A stretch of 64,000 nt of DNA from an uncultured Acidimicrobiales bacterium (GCA_964512645.1 CAZEJS010000005.1:18309-82308), one strand, 5' to 3'. Positions 1 to 10,029 are shown, counted from the first letter of the stretch. Notes: generated from the letters alone by a model not told the origin. A program made the numbers and translations.

Positions 1-106
1 TCCCGGACCGTCTTTCCGTTCGGAGAGTAATATAGCCGAAAACCCCCGGGAGTCCAAATGGCCGCCGGGCGGCCGGGGGCCGGTTCTGGCCGGGTCGTGC
101 CTCCTC

Positions 107-112
107 TATAAT
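107..112 (+). promoter_or_regulatory. TATAAT -10 element abutting the annotated ATG
   Basis: TATAAT at 107-112 directly precedes ATG 113; a second in-frame ATG is at 122. Confidence 0.5.
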
Positions 113-2812
113 ATGGAGAACATGGAAGACGTACACGTTGGTGCCCACGAACCCGTAACGCCCCAGGGCGACGCGCAGGCTCTCGCGCTCAGGCGCGATG
201 TCGCCGAGTTCCTGCGCGAGAACATGGAGAGCATGGTAGCCCGCATCGACGAGGTCGTCGAGAAGACGATGCCCGGATACGACTCGCTGCCCCCTGACGT
301 CCTTTCGGACGTACGGCAGTCGTTCAGGGACTTCTACCAGTTGTACCTGGATTACTTCGAGGCCCGGGAGCTGCCTCCCCGGCTGATCAAGAGCCTCGCC
401 ACCGACATTGGCAGGAAGAGGGCGGGGCAGGGCATCAGGCTGACCACGGTGATCGGCAGCTTCGACGCCGGCGAGACCTACATATGGGACAGGCTCGCCG
501 GGACGCTGCTGCCCGAAGGCCATCCGCCCTCCGCGTGGGTTGCCCTGGCGAACATGAGGGACGGCTTCACCAAGCGCGTGCGGCACTACATAAGGCGCGC
601 CTACCGGGCCGAGGAGCGCTCCACCGTGGAGCGACAGCTCGAGGAGTTCAAGGCCCTCGCCCAGCTCGGGCAGGTGATGGTGTCCACCGTCGACCTGGAG
701 AAGGTGCTGAGCCAGATACTGGAGGTCGCCACCAGCCTGGTACAGGCGGGGATGGGCGCGATAATGCTGCTGGACGAGAGCGGCTCGCGCCTTGACGTGG
801 CCGCGGACATGGGGTTGTCGAGGACCTGGCTGTCCAGGGAGAAGATCCCGCTGGAGAAGAGCCTGGCATGGGTGTCGATCAAGCGGAACGAGTACGTGCT
901 GGCCCGCGACGACGAGCTTGCCGCGTTCGTACTGCCTAAGCCGGCGGCCGGCCGCAGGATACTGTCGGCGCTGTCGATACCCATCACCCTGGACGAGAAG
1001 CCTATCGGGGTGGTCGAGCTGTACGAGACGACTCCCAGGGGATACACCGACCTCGACGTGACCATGCTCACCACCCTGGGCGCGCAGGCGGGGGTGGCCA
1101 TCAAGAACGCGAAACTCTTCAGGGAAGAGCGCAGGCAGAGGCGGCAGGCGGCAATGCTCACCGAGTTCGCTCAGGCGGTCAGCGAGGCCCGCGACCTCGA
1201 CGAACTGCTGGAGACTATCGGGGCGACGGCCGCCCGGGCGCTGAGCGCCGACCGGTGCTCGATCTTCTTCTACGAGCCCGAGGCGGACGCGCTGACCTTC
1301 ATGGCCGGGTACGGCAGGAGCACGCTGCAGGTATGGCTGTTGAACCAGTTCCACGTCCCCATGAACGAGCTCGGCCGGGCCACCGCTAGAGCGCTCCGCG
1401 AAAAGGAGCCGGTCGTGGTGGAGGAGGTCGCCGACGAGACGAGCCTCGAGTCGCGCATTTTCAGGGGGCCCGGGGTCCGCTCCTACCTGCAGGTGCCCAT
1501 GGTGGTCAAGGACGAGCTCATCGGCCTGATGAGCCTCGAGCTCACCAGCGAGGACGTGAGCTTCACCGACGAGTCGGTAACCATGGCCGACGCGCTGGGA
1601 AAGCAGGCGGCGGTGGCGGTGCAGAACAGGAGGCTGCAGGAGCGCCTTTTCGATCAGCAGATGACCATCAGGAACGCCGAGATAAACGAGCGCCTGTACC
1701 GCGAGAGGGAGCGAAGCGAGGCCGTGCTGCGGGCCACCCCGGACGCGGTGCTGGTCATCGACAGGGACAACAAGGTCGTGCTGGTGAACCCCGCGGCGGA
1801 GTTCCTCACCGGCTGGGAGCAGGAGGACGCCCGCGGCAGGAACTGCCACGAGGTCCTCTACGGGTCGGAGTCCGTGCCCGGCGTCTGCCCCGGGCCCGAA
1901 TGCGCGATCAGCAGGATGTTCTCCGGGGAACACGTCGCCTACAGCGAGGACGAGATAGTTACGCGATCGGGCAGGAGGATCCCCGTGGGAGGCACTTTCG
2001 CCCCGATCGTCGCCCCGGACGGCCGGATCGACAACGTGGTGGCGATCTACCGGGATATCAGCGAGCAGAAAGAGCTGGAGAAGTACGCCCTGATACAGCG
2101 GGAGATGGAGATAGCCTCGGGCATACAGACCAGCCTGCTGCCGAGGGAGAAACTCACCGCGGGGTATGTGAGCGTGCAGGCGCGCCAGCAGCAGGCCCGC
2201 ATGGTGGGAGGCGACTGGTTCGACTACTGGCACAACGGCGACAAGGTCATAATCGTGGTCGGGGACGCATCCGGCCAGGGGATTGGCGCGGCCCTGTTCG
2301 CGACCATGGCCATGAGCGCGCTCAGGGTCGAGGCCCGGGAACACGGCGGTTTGCTCGAGGTCATGGAGCACGCGAACAGGAGCCTTTTCCTTGGCAACCG
2401 CACCGACAGCTTCGTGACGGTCTTTTTCAGCGTGATTGACCTGCCCTCGATGACAGTGTCGTACACCAACGCCGGTCACGAGGAGCCGTTGAGGTTGTCC
2501 GCCGACAAGTCGGTGGAGCCGCTGACCTCGACCAGCAGGTCGCTGCTGGGGATATTCTCGCGGGCCAACCTCGACGTGCAGACTCACAAACTGGAGCCGG
2601 GGGACAGGATCGTGATGTTCACCGACGGGGTAATTGACGCCCAGAACCAGAGGGGGAAGCTCTACGGCCTCAGGCGGCTGAACAGGTTCGTGGTCGCCAA
2701 CAGGGACGCCCCCGCCGAGGAGTTCATAGACGCCCTCATAGACAACGTCATGGAGTTCTGCGGCGGAGAGCCCAAGGACGATATGACCGTGCTGGTCTGC
2801 GACATCGAATGA
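113..2812 (+). CDS. SpoIIE/PP2C-type serine phosphatase with N-terminal helical domain, two GAF domains and a PAS domain
   Basis: 899-aa ORF. C-terminal PP2C motifs VGGDWFD, VGDASGQG, FTDG and DDMT; two GAF-like segments and a PAS segment (VNPAAEFLTGW). The true start may be ATG 122. Confidence 0.88.
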   Translation: MENMEDVHVGAHEPVTPQGDAQALALRRDVAEFLRENMESMVARIDEVVEKTMPGYDSLPPDVLSDVRQSFRDFYQLYLDYFEARELPPRLIKSLATDIGRKRAGQGIRLTTVIGSFDAGETYIWDRLAGTLLPEGHPPSAWVALANMRDGFTKRVRHYIRRAYRAEERSTVERQLEEFKALAQLGQVMVSTVDLEKVLSQILEVATSLVQAGMGAIMLLDESGSRLDVAADMGLSRTWLSREKIPLEKSLAWVSIKRNEYVLARDDELAAFVLPKPAAGRRILSALSIPITLDEKPIGVVELYETTPRGYTDLDVTMLTTLGAQAGVAIKNAKLFREERRQRRQAAMLTEFAQAVSEARDLDELLETIGATAARALSADRCSIFFYEPEADALTFMAGYGRSTLQVWLLNQFHVPMNELGRATARALREKEPVVVEEVADETSLESRIFRGPGVRSYLQVPMVVKDELIGLMSLELTSEDVSFTDESVTMADALGKQAAVAVQNRRLQERLFDQQMTIRNAEINERLYRERERSEAVLRATPDAVLVIDRDNKVVLVNPAAEFLTGWEQEDARGRNCHEVLYGSESVPGVCPGPECAISRMFSGEHVAYSEDEIVTRSGRRIPVGGTFAPIVAPDGRIDNVVAIYRDISEQKELEKYALIQREMEIASGIQTSLLPREKLTAGYVSVQARQQQARMVGGDWFDYWHNGDKVIIVVGDASGQGIGAALFATMAMSALRVEAREHGGLLEVMEHANRSLFLGNRTDSFVTVFFSVIDLPSMTVSYTNAGHEEPLRLSADKSVEPLTSTSRSLLGIFSRANLDVQTHKLEPGDRIVMFTDGVIDAQNQRGKLYGLRRLNRFVVANRDAPAEEFIDALIDNVMEFCGGEPKDDMTVLVCDIE

Positions 2813-2884
2813 GCCGGGCGGGGCAACCGCGCCGGCGGCCCTCGCGCGCCGGGTCCAGTCAGGTCCCCGCCGCCCCGTCCGCCC

Positions 2885-3517
2885 TTACGCGTCCTTGAGC
2901 CTGTCCTCGAGTTCGCGGATGGTCCGCTCGAGGCTCTGGCGGCGTATGGCGGTGGTGAGATCGCCCCTGGTGCGCTCGAGGACCCCCCGCACCATGTCAT
3001 TGGTCCGCTTCAGCCCCGAGGTTATCGCGTTGGGGTAGTCCACCGACGCGAGCAGGTAGTACACGTCGTCCATCACGCCGAGGATGTACTCGCCCCTGTC
3101 GAGGTCGTTCTCCCTGATAAGGTCCAGTACGTGGCGCCTCATCTCGCCGATAGCCTCCCCGAGGCCGTTGAGGTAGGGCGCGGTTCCGACGTCGAGGTCG
3201 CCCGGAAGGGGCAGCGGCTTCCCTTCCACGAGGGCGAAAGTGGCGGAGGCCTCGGCGAACTCCTTCTCGGCATCCTGCAGGAAGCCGGCGTGGTAGATCC
3301 GCGGTACGGGCTCCAGCAGTTCATGGGCCGCTTCGAGGTTGCGTTTCGCGGCCTCGAGGAGCTCTACGGCCTGCTCCCGGTCGCCCCTGTGCGCGGCCCT
3401 TATGGAGTTCGCGCAGTACTGGATGGCGTCACGCGACAGCGCGAGGCCTCCCTCGCGGGCCTCGTTCTCGCGGTCGAACGTCTTCTTCACCTCGTCGAAG
3501 ATGTGCTTGAGTTCCAT
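2885..3517 (-). CDS. Translin/TRAX family protein
   Basis: Motifs EKEFAEA, YLNGLGEAIGEMRR and ERTRGDL. Start placed at ATG 3517, preceded by AGGAGAGG. Confidence 0.85.
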   Translation of the reverse strand: MELKHIFDEVKKTFDRENEAREGGLALSRDAIQYCANSIRAAHRGDREQAVELLEAAKRNLEAAHELLEPVPRIYHAGFLQDAEKEFAEASATFALVEGKPLPLPGDLDVGTAPYLNGLGEAIGEMRRHVLDLIRENDLDRGEYILGVMDDVYYLLASVDYPNAITSGLKRTNDMVRGVLERTRGDLTTAIRRQSLERTIRELEDRLKDA

Positions 3518-3525
3518 GCCCTCTC

Positions 3526-4293
3526 CTATGTTCCGACAATCGCCACGGGCCTGCACCATCCCGCGCTGGCCCCGGTTATCTTAACCGGGAAACAGGCTAC
3601 CTTGAACCCGTGCGGGGGCAGCCGGTCCAGGTTGGCGAGCTTTTCCAGGTGGCAGTAAGGCTCTTCGATCCCGGCGTAGTGGGCCTCCCATATGATGGAG
3701 GTGTCGCCCGTGGCCTTCACCTGCTCGACGATGCTCTTGAACGGACGGTCGAACCCCCATGAATCGATCCCCATCACGCGCACGCCCCGCTCGATGAGCC
3801 AGAGGGTGGACGCCCGGGTCATGCCGGCTCCCTTGTTGATGTAGTCGGGGCTCCCCCAGTACCTGTCGGCGCCGGTCATCACCAGTACTATGTCCAGCGG
3901 CTTGACCTCGCAGGATATCCTCTCCAGCTCGGCGCGGACGTCGTCGACCTCGATGGGCTCCCCGTCCGCCTTGCCCCTCATGTCCAGCACCACCCCGTCG
4001 GAGAAGCACCATTCGAGCGGTACCTCGTCGATTGTCATCGCGCGCTCGCCGCCCGCCGTCGGTGCGTAGTGCCAGGGGGCGTCGAGGTGCGTCCCGGCGT
4101 GGGTGATCAGGGTGACCCTGTCGTTGGCCCATCCCAGCCCTCCGGGCAGGCTCTCGGGGGGCACCCCGAATATCTGTGCCATCACCGCCGCGCCGGCCGC
4201 GTGGTCCTGGTGCTCGACCTCCGGCTTGAACGGCTCGCTCTCCGACTCCTCGATGGGAACGCTGAGATCTACCAGCCTCGTGGATTCACCCAT
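3526..4293 (-). CDS. Cyclase family metal-dependent hydrolase (kynurenine formamidase-like)
   Basis: HAGTHLDAPWH matches HxGTHxDxPxH; also the LEKLANLDRLP and PVKITGASAGWCR C-terminal motifs. Confidence 0.9.
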   Translation of the reverse strand: MGESTRLVDLSVPIEESESEPFKPEVEHQDHAAGAAVMAQIFGVPPESLPGGLGWANDRVTLITHAGTHLDAPWHYAPTAGGERAMTIDEVPLEWCFSDGVVLDMRGKADGEPIEVDDVRAELERISCEVKPLDIVLVMTGADRYWGSPDYINKGAGMTRASTLWLIERGVRVMGIDSWGFDRPFKSIVEQVKATGDTSIIWEAHYAGIEEPYCHLEKLANLDRLPPHGFKVACFPVKITGASAGWCRPVAIVGT

Positions 4294-5452
4294 CCTGCCT
4301 CTCCCCTCGTTCGTACAGGTACTTCTCCAGCCTCGCGGTGCCTTCCCTGATGTTCTCCAGGGAGTTCGCGTACGAGAACCGCACGTACCCCTCGCCGCCG
4401 CTCCCGAAATCCGTCCCCGGCGCGATCGCCACGCGCGCTTTCTCGAGCACGTCGAGGCAGAAAGCGTACGACTCGCCGGTGAACCGCTTCGCGTTGGCCA
4501 GGACGTAGAAGGCCCCCGTCGGCTCCACGGTTATCCCGAAGCCCATCCCGCGGAGCCTCCCCAGCAGGAACCGCCTGCGCTCGTCGTACGTGGCGACCAT
4601 CCGCGCGGTGTCCCCGGCGGTCTCTTCCAGGGCGGCGACTCCGGCCCACTGGACGAACGAGTTGGCGCAGATGAGCAGGTTCTGCTGGATCTTCTGGATC
4701 GGTCGCACGAATTCCGGCGGGCAGATTACGTATCCGAGGCGCCAACCGGTCATCGCGTACAGCTTGGAGAACCCGTTGAGGACGAAGCAGCGGTCGGTAA
4801 ACTCCAGTGCCGAGTGCTCGCGGCCCTCGTAGACGAGGCCGTGGTAGATCTCGTCTGAGATCACAAAAGCGCGCCCGCGCGCGGCCTCCACGACCCGGCG
4901 CGTCTCCTCTTCCGTCATCACTATGCCTGTGGGATTGGAAGGGGAGTTGATTATCACGCCTTTCACCCCGGTCCCCAGCAGGCGTTCGATGTCCTCCGGG
5001 CGGTAGTTGAAGCCGTCCTCCTCGAACACGTCGACGTATTTCGGGATTCCCCCCACGAACTCCAGGATATTGGGGTAGCAAGCGTAGCACGGGTTGGAGA
5101 GCACCAGCTCCTCCCCGGGGTTCAGCAGCGCCGAGAAGACGAGGACCATCGCCAGCGAGGTCCCGCTGGTCACCACGACGTTGCCGGGGGAGACGTCCAC
5201 GCCGTAGCGCTCGCGGTAATGCCGGGCGATGGCTTCGCGCAGCCTGGGAATGCCCAGGCTGTGCGTGTAGTGGGTCATCCCCTCGTCGAGCGCCCGGGAG
5301 GCGGCGGCCTTCACCGCTTCGGGCGTGTCGAAGTCGGGCTCTCCCACCTCCAGGTGCACGACGTCGAGCCCCCGCGCCTCCATGGCGTGGGCCTTTTCGA
5401 GTATCTCCATCACGTAGAACGGCGGGAGACTGGAGGACCTGTCCGATATCAA
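4286..5452 (-). CDS. PLP-dependent aminotransferase class I/II (aspartate aminotransferase-like)
   Basis: VGEPDF, NSPSNPTG, SDEIY and NGFSKLYAMTGWRLG (PLP lysine). TTG start. Confidence 0.92.
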   Translation of the reverse strand: MISDRSSSLPPFYVMEILEKAHAMEARGLDVVHLEVGEPDFDTPEAVKAAASRALDEGMTHYTHSLGIPRLREAIARHYRERYGVDVSPGNVVVTSGTSLAMVLVFSALLNPGEELVLSNPCYACYPNILEFVGGIPKYVDVFEEDGFNYRPEDIERLLGTGVKGVIINSPSNPTGIVMTEEETRRVVEAARGRAFVISDEIYHGLVYEGREHSALEFTDRCFVLNGFSKLYAMTGWRLGYVICPPEFVRPIQKIQQNLLICANSFVQWAGVAALEETAGDTARMVATYDERRRFLLGRLRGMGFGITVEPTGAFYVLANAKRFTGESYAFCLDVLEKARVAIAPGTDFGSGGEGYVRFSYANSLENIREGTARLEKYLYERGERQDG

Positions 5453-5491
5453 GAAAACCTCCGCGGCGACCTCGGGCCCGTCACATGGTCG

Positions 5492-5500
5492 AGTCTAACA
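5492..5500 (-). promoter_or_regulatory. Extended -10 element (TG-T-TAGACT) for the aminotransferase operon
   Basis: Reverse complement reads TGTTAGACT about 40 nt upstream of the TTG start. Confidence 0.4.
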
Positions 5501-5640
5501 AAAGAGGTGCCGCGCTCACAGGCCGGCGGTAACGCCGGCGCGGCCGCCGGCGGGTGTTTCCACGCCAGGACGGCCGCGCTGCAGGCCCCCCCCGGTCACG
5601 GCGAGGACGCGCGTTTTTTCCATCCCCGCGCGGCGGTCCC

Positions 5641-5669
5641 TTGCGGGCCGAAACACTCGACAATATAAT
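5641..5669 (+). promoter_or_regulatory. Housekeeping-sigma promoter of hppA
   Basis: TTGCGG (5641-5646), 17-nt spacer, TATAAT (5664-5669). Confidence 0.55.
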
Positions 5670-5748
5670 GTGCACTGCTTTACGCGCGCAGGATTGCCGC
5701 AGGGGCACGTCGTAGACAAATCACCTATCGCGTTGGAAGGAGCATGGG

Positions 5749-7800
5749 ATGGCAACATGGATTCCGGTAGCCGTAGTCGGGATTTCCGCGTTATGCCTGC
5801 TTGTCGCCGCAGTGCTGGCGAAGCTGGTCCTCAAGGCCGACCCCGGCAACGAGAGAATGCAGGAGATCTCCAGGGCCGTTCAGGAAGGGGCCAGGGCTTT
5901 CATCAAGCGCGAATACGGTTACGTGGCGGTCTTCATCGCCATGATGGTCGTGCTGTTGAGCGTGGCGCTGCGCAGCGAGAACGGCTGGCAGATAGCCGTG
6001 TGCTACGTGTTCGGCGCCCTTTGTTCGCTCGGGGCGGGCTTTGTCGGCCTCCAGATAGCGACCCGCGCTAACTCTCGAACCACCGAGGCCGCCAGGGAAG
6101 GCGTCTCGGGGGCGCTCACCATAGCTTTCCGCAGCGGGGCGGTCATGGGCCTGTGCGTCGCCGGCCTCGGTCTCCTCGGGCTTACCGTCTGCTACATCGT
6201 CTTCGAGGTTGTGCTGGGGCTGTGGAATTCCACCAACATCATCCTCGGCTTCTCGCTGGGGGCGTCCAGCGTCGCGCTGTTCGCCCGCGTGGGAGGGGGG
6301 ATCTTCACCAAGGCGGCCGACGTCGGGGCCGACCTGGTCGGCAAGGTCGAGGCCGGGATCCCCGAGGACGACCCGCGCAACCCCGCGGTCATCGCCGACA
6401 ACGTCGGTGATAACGTCGGCGACGTAGCGGGGATGGGGGCGGACCTCTACGAGTCGTACGTGGCCGCCATCGTGGCCCCGATAGCGATCGCCTCATCCGG
6501 CCTGGTGTTCCAGAAACTGGGGACGAAAGCGATGATCCTGCCGCTGGCCATCACCGGCGCGGGGGTCCTGTGCTCGATACTGGGCACTTTCCTGGTCCGC
6601 ACCAAGGCCGGGGGAAGGGCCGCTCAGAGGGCGCTGACGTGGTCTTCTTACGCCACGGCCGGCCTGGCGACCATCAGCGCTTTCTTCCTTATCTGGTGGA
6701 TAGCTGGCTGGAAGCACATCGGGCTCTTCTACTCCGTACTGATGGGGATAGTGTCCGGGATAGTCATCGGGCTGACCAGCGAGTATTTCACCTCGGACCA
6801 CTACAAGCCGGTCAAAGAGGTGGCCAAGAGCGCCCAGACCGGAGCGGCGACCACCATCATCAGGGGGCTGGCCGTAGGGATGCTCTCGACGGTGATACCA
6901 ATCGTCATGGTGGCGCTGGCCATGGGCGTCTCCTTCTGGACCGGCAACCGCGCCCTCGCCGGCGGGGGGATATTCGGCATCGGACTGGCCGCCCTGGGGA
7001 TGCTCTGCACCACCGGCATGGTAGTGGCGGTGGACGCCTACGGACCGGTCGCGGACAACGCCGGCGGTATCGCCGAGATGGCCGGGCTCGAGCCGGAGGT
7101 CCGGGAGATCACCGACAGCCTCGACTCCGTGGGAAACACTACCGCCGCGATCGGGAAGGGCTTCGCGATAGGCTCCGCCGCCCTCGCCGCTCTGGCCCTG
7201 TTCGCGGCATACGCGCAGGCCACCGGCCTGGCGGCGGTGGACGTGGTGGGCGACTACAAGTTCTTCGTAGGCCTCCTGCTGGGGGGCATGCTGCCGTTCC
7301 TGTTCAGCGCGCTGACGCTGAACGCGGTGGGCCGGGCCGCTTTCGCGGTGGTGGAGGAAGTCAGGCGGCAGTTCCGCGAGATCCCCGGCCTCAAGGAAGG
7401 GCTGGAGGGGGTCAGGCCCGATTACGCCAGGTGCGTGGACATGACAACGAAAACGGCGATCTACGAGATGCTGCTGCCCGGCGCGCTGGCGATAATATCC
7501 CCGCTGTTGATCGGGCGTTTCCTGGGAAAGGAATCGCTCGCGGGTTTCCTGGCGGGAGCCCTTGTGGCCGGGTTCATCCTGGCCATCATGATGGCCAACG
7601 CGGGCGGCGCGTGGGACAACGCGAAGAAGCTCATCGAGTCCGGGGAGTACGGCGGCAAGGGGACGGAGACCCACGCCGCGGCGGTCTGCGGGGATACCGT
7701 GGGCGACCCGTTCAAGGACACCAGCGGGCCCGCCATGAACATACTCATCAAGGTCATGACGGTCGTCTCGCTGATATTCGTGCCCCTGTTCATCAAGTGA
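5749..7800 (+). CDS. hppA: Membrane-bound pyrophosphatase, K+-dependent, probably Na+-translocating
   Basis: GGGIFTKAADVGADLVGKVEAGIPEDDPRNPAVIADNVGDNVGD signature. GNTTAA (Ala466, K+-dependent type) and ADLYESY (Glu235). Confidence 0.95.
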   Translation: MATWIPVAVVGISALCLLVAAVLAKLVLKADPGNERMQEISRAVQEGARAFIKREYGYVAVFIAMMVVLLSVALRSENGWQIAVCYVFGALCSLGAGFVGLQIATRANSRTTEAAREGVSGALTIAFRSGAVMGLCVAGLGLLGLTVCYIVFEVVLGLWNSTNIILGFSLGASSVALFARVGGGIFTKAADVGADLVGKVEAGIPEDDPRNPAVIADNVGDNVGDVAGMGADLYESYVAAIVAPIAIASSGLVFQKLGTKAMILPLAITGAGVLCSILGTFLVRTKAGGRAAQRALTWSSYATAGLATISAFFLIWWIAGWKHIGLFYSVLMGIVSGIVIGLTSEYFTSDHYKPVKEVAKSAQTGAATTIIRGLAVGMLSTVIPIVMVALAMGVSFWTGNRALAGGGIFGIGLAALGMLCTTGMVVAVDAYGPVADNAGGIAEMAGLEPEVREITDSLDSVGNTTAAIGKGFAIGSAALAALALFAAYAQATGLAAVDVVGDYKFFVGLLLGGMLPFLFSALTLNAVGRAAFAVVEEVRRQFREIPGLKEGLEGVRPDYARCVDMTTKTAIYEMLLPGALAIISPLLIGRFLGKESLAGFLAGALVAGFILAIMMANAGGAWDNAKKLIESGEYGGKGTETHAAAVCGDTVGDPFKDTSGPAMNILIKVMTVVSLIFVPLFIK

Positions 7801-7887
7801 CCGTTCCCGGCCTATCCGGCGCTCCCGGGCGGCTGTTGGCGTGAAGGCGCAGGGCCGCCGGGGAGCGTCCTGTTCAAGGGAGCCAAA

Positions 7888-7917
7888 TTGACCCGCCCGC
7901 CCGGGCGAATGTAAACT
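7888..7917 (+). promoter_or_regulatory. Promoter of topA, probably leaderless
   Basis: TTGACC, 18-nt spacer, TAAACT ending 8 nt before ATG 7926; no clear Shine-Dalgarno. Confidence 0.5.
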
Positions 7918-7925
7918 CACAGGCT

Positions 7926-10007
7926 ATGAAACTAATCGTCACTGAAAAAAACCAGACCGCCAGGCGGATCGCGGAGATCCTCTCCGGAGGGAAGGCGACG
8001 CGCGAGGGCGGCCCCCGGAGCACCGTCTACGCCTTCGGACAGGACGCCGGGGAGGTGCGCACACTGGGCATGCGGGGCCACGTCCTGCAGGTGGACTTCC
8101 CCGAGGAGTACCGGCAGTGGCGCGAGGTGGAGCCGCGCAGGCTGGTTGACGCCGAGATAATCAAGACCCCCAAGGAGAAGACGCTCGTCTCTTCCCTGAA
8201 GAAGTTCGCGAAACAGGCCGAGTCGATAGTGATCGCCACCGACTACGACCGCGAGGGGGAGCTCATAGGCTCGGACATCGTCGATATCATCAGGGAGGTC
8301 AACCGGGACGCGCCGATAAGCCGTGCACGGTTCTCGGCCCTCACGGACAAAGAGATAAACGAGGCGTTCGAACACCTCGATACCGTGGACGAGAACCTGG
8401 CGAAGGCGGGAGAGGCCAGGCAGGATATCGATCTCATCTGGGGCGCCGCGCTCACCCGGTTCATCTCGCTGGCGACCAACCGTCTGTGGCAGAAGTTCCT
8501 GTCGGCGGGCAGGGTGCAGAGCCCCACCCTCGCCATCGTTGTGGACCGGGAAGCCGAGATCAGGGCTTTCGTTCCGGAGGATTTCTGGCAGGTCAAGGTG
8601 GTGCTCGATCACGGCGGCGATCGGTTCACCGCCAGGCACAAGACCGAGCGTTTCGGCGAAGAGGCGGCCGCCCGCGGCGCGTACGACGCGATCGGCGCCG
8701 AAGGGACCGTTGCGGGGGTCAAGACACGACAGAGGACCATCAACCCCCCGGCGCCGTTCAACACCACCTCGTTTCTCGCCGCGGCTTCGAGCGTGAAGGT
8801 GCCACCGGCGCGGGCGATGGACGTGGCGGAGTCCCTGTACTCCCGCGGCTTCATCAGTTATCCACGGGTGGACAACACCGTCTACCCCGAGTCACTCGAC
8901 CTCGCCGAAGTGCTGGGGGCCATAAGGGGCTCCGAGGTGGTAGGGCCCCTGGCCGAGGAGCTGCTCGAGAAAGGCGAACTCAAGCCCACGCGGGGCAAGA
9001 AGTTCTCCACCGACCATCCCCCGATATATCCCACAGGGGCCGCGGACCGCTCCGCCATGTCGGCCCAGGAGTGGAAGGTGTACGAGCTGGTGGCCAGGCG
9101 TTTCATGGCCACGCTCTCCGGGCCGGCCCTGGCGCGCTCGACGCGCGTGGACGTGGAGATCTCCTCCGAGCCTTTCGTGGCCCGCGGCGACGTGATCGTC
9201 GAGGAAGGTTTCCTCCGTTACTACCCGTACAGCAGGAAAAAAGACGACGAACTTCCGGACCTGCATGAAGGCGACGTCGTTACGGTCGTCGACAGGGAGC
9301 TCGAGGCCAGACAGACGCAGCCCCCTCCCCGTTACTCCGAGGGCGCGCTCATCCAGAAGATGGAAGAGCTGGGGCTGGGCACGAAATCGACCCGGCACAA
9401 CATCATCCAGAGCCTGGTCGAACGCGGGTACGTGTACGGGACTCCGCTGAAGCCCAGCGAGACCGGCATCGCGGTATCGCGGGCGCTGGAACGGCACGCC
9501 ACCATGGTGACCAGCCCGGAGATGACCGGCGAACTCGAGAGCGACATGGACGCCATCGCCGAAGGCAGGAAGACGCTCGGGGACGTGGTGGACAGGTCGC
9601 GCAACGTGCTTGGCGGCATCCTCGACATCATGGAGAAGGAGAAGGAGGAGATCTCCCGGGAGATCAAGGAAGGGATGCGCGGCGACACCGTGCTCGGCGA
9701 ATGCCCGGGATGCCACGCGGAGCTTACCATCAAGACGGCACGCAAGTCCGGCAAGCGCTTCGCCGGCTGCGCCGGATACCCCGACTGCACCAACACCTAC
9801 CCTCTGCCCCAGAAAGGCAGCGTCATGGCGATGGGAGAGAGTTGCGAAGAGTGCGGGACGCCCCGTATTCGCGTCCTGACCAAGGGACGCAAGCCATGGG
9901 AGCTGTGCCTCGACCCGGAGTGCCCCACCAAGCCGAAGCGCCAGGTTCCCACGGAAGGTGCCGCCGGGCCGGAGGAAGAAAAGACCTCGGGGGAGTCAGC
10001 CGACTGA
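7926..10007 (+). CDS. topA: Type IA DNA topoisomerase, archaeal-type, with C-terminal Cys4 zinc ribbons
   Basis: TOPRIM motifs TEK and ATDYDREGE; SAGRVQSPTL; catalytic ISYPR; GLGTKSTR; C-terminal CPGC, CAGYPDC and CEECG cysteine motifs. Confidence 0.93.
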   Translation: MKLIVTEKNQTARRIAEILSGGKATREGGPRSTVYAFGQDAGEVRTLGMRGHVLQVDFPEEYRQWREVEPRRLVDAEIIKTPKEKTLVSSLKKFAKQAESIVIATDYDREGELIGSDIVDIIREVNRDAPISRARFSALTDKEINEAFEHLDTVDENLAKAGEARQDIDLIWGAALTRFISLATNRLWQKFLSAGRVQSPTLAIVVDREAEIRAFVPEDFWQVKVVLDHGGDRFTARHKTERFGEEAAARGAYDAIGAEGTVAGVKTRQRTINPPAPFNTTSFLAAASSVKVPPARAMDVAESLYSRGFISYPRVDNTVYPESLDLAEVLGAIRGSEVVGPLAEELLEKGELKPTRGKKFSTDHPPIYPTGAADRSAMSAQEWKVYELVARRFMATLSGPALARSTRVDVEISSEPFVARGDVIVEEGFLRYYPYSRKKDDELPDLHEGDVVTVVDRELEARQTQPPPRYSEGALIQKMEELGLGTKSTRHNIIQSLVERGYVYGTPLKPSETGIAVSRALERHATMVTSPEMTGELESDMDAIAEGRKTLGDVVDRSRNVLGGILDIMEKEKEEISREIKEGMRGDTVLGECPGCHAELTIKTARKSGKRFAGCAGYPDCTNTYPLPQKGSVMAMGESCEECGTPRIRVLTKGRKPWELCLDPECPTKPKRQVPTEGAAGPEEEKTSGESAD

Positions 10008-10029
10008 GCCCCCGGGAGGGGAGATGGCC

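Noticed and set aside
9990-10001. GGGGAGTCAGCC shared by the ends of topA and atpB
   Set aside because: A 12-bp match in GC-rich coding tails is within chance expectation.
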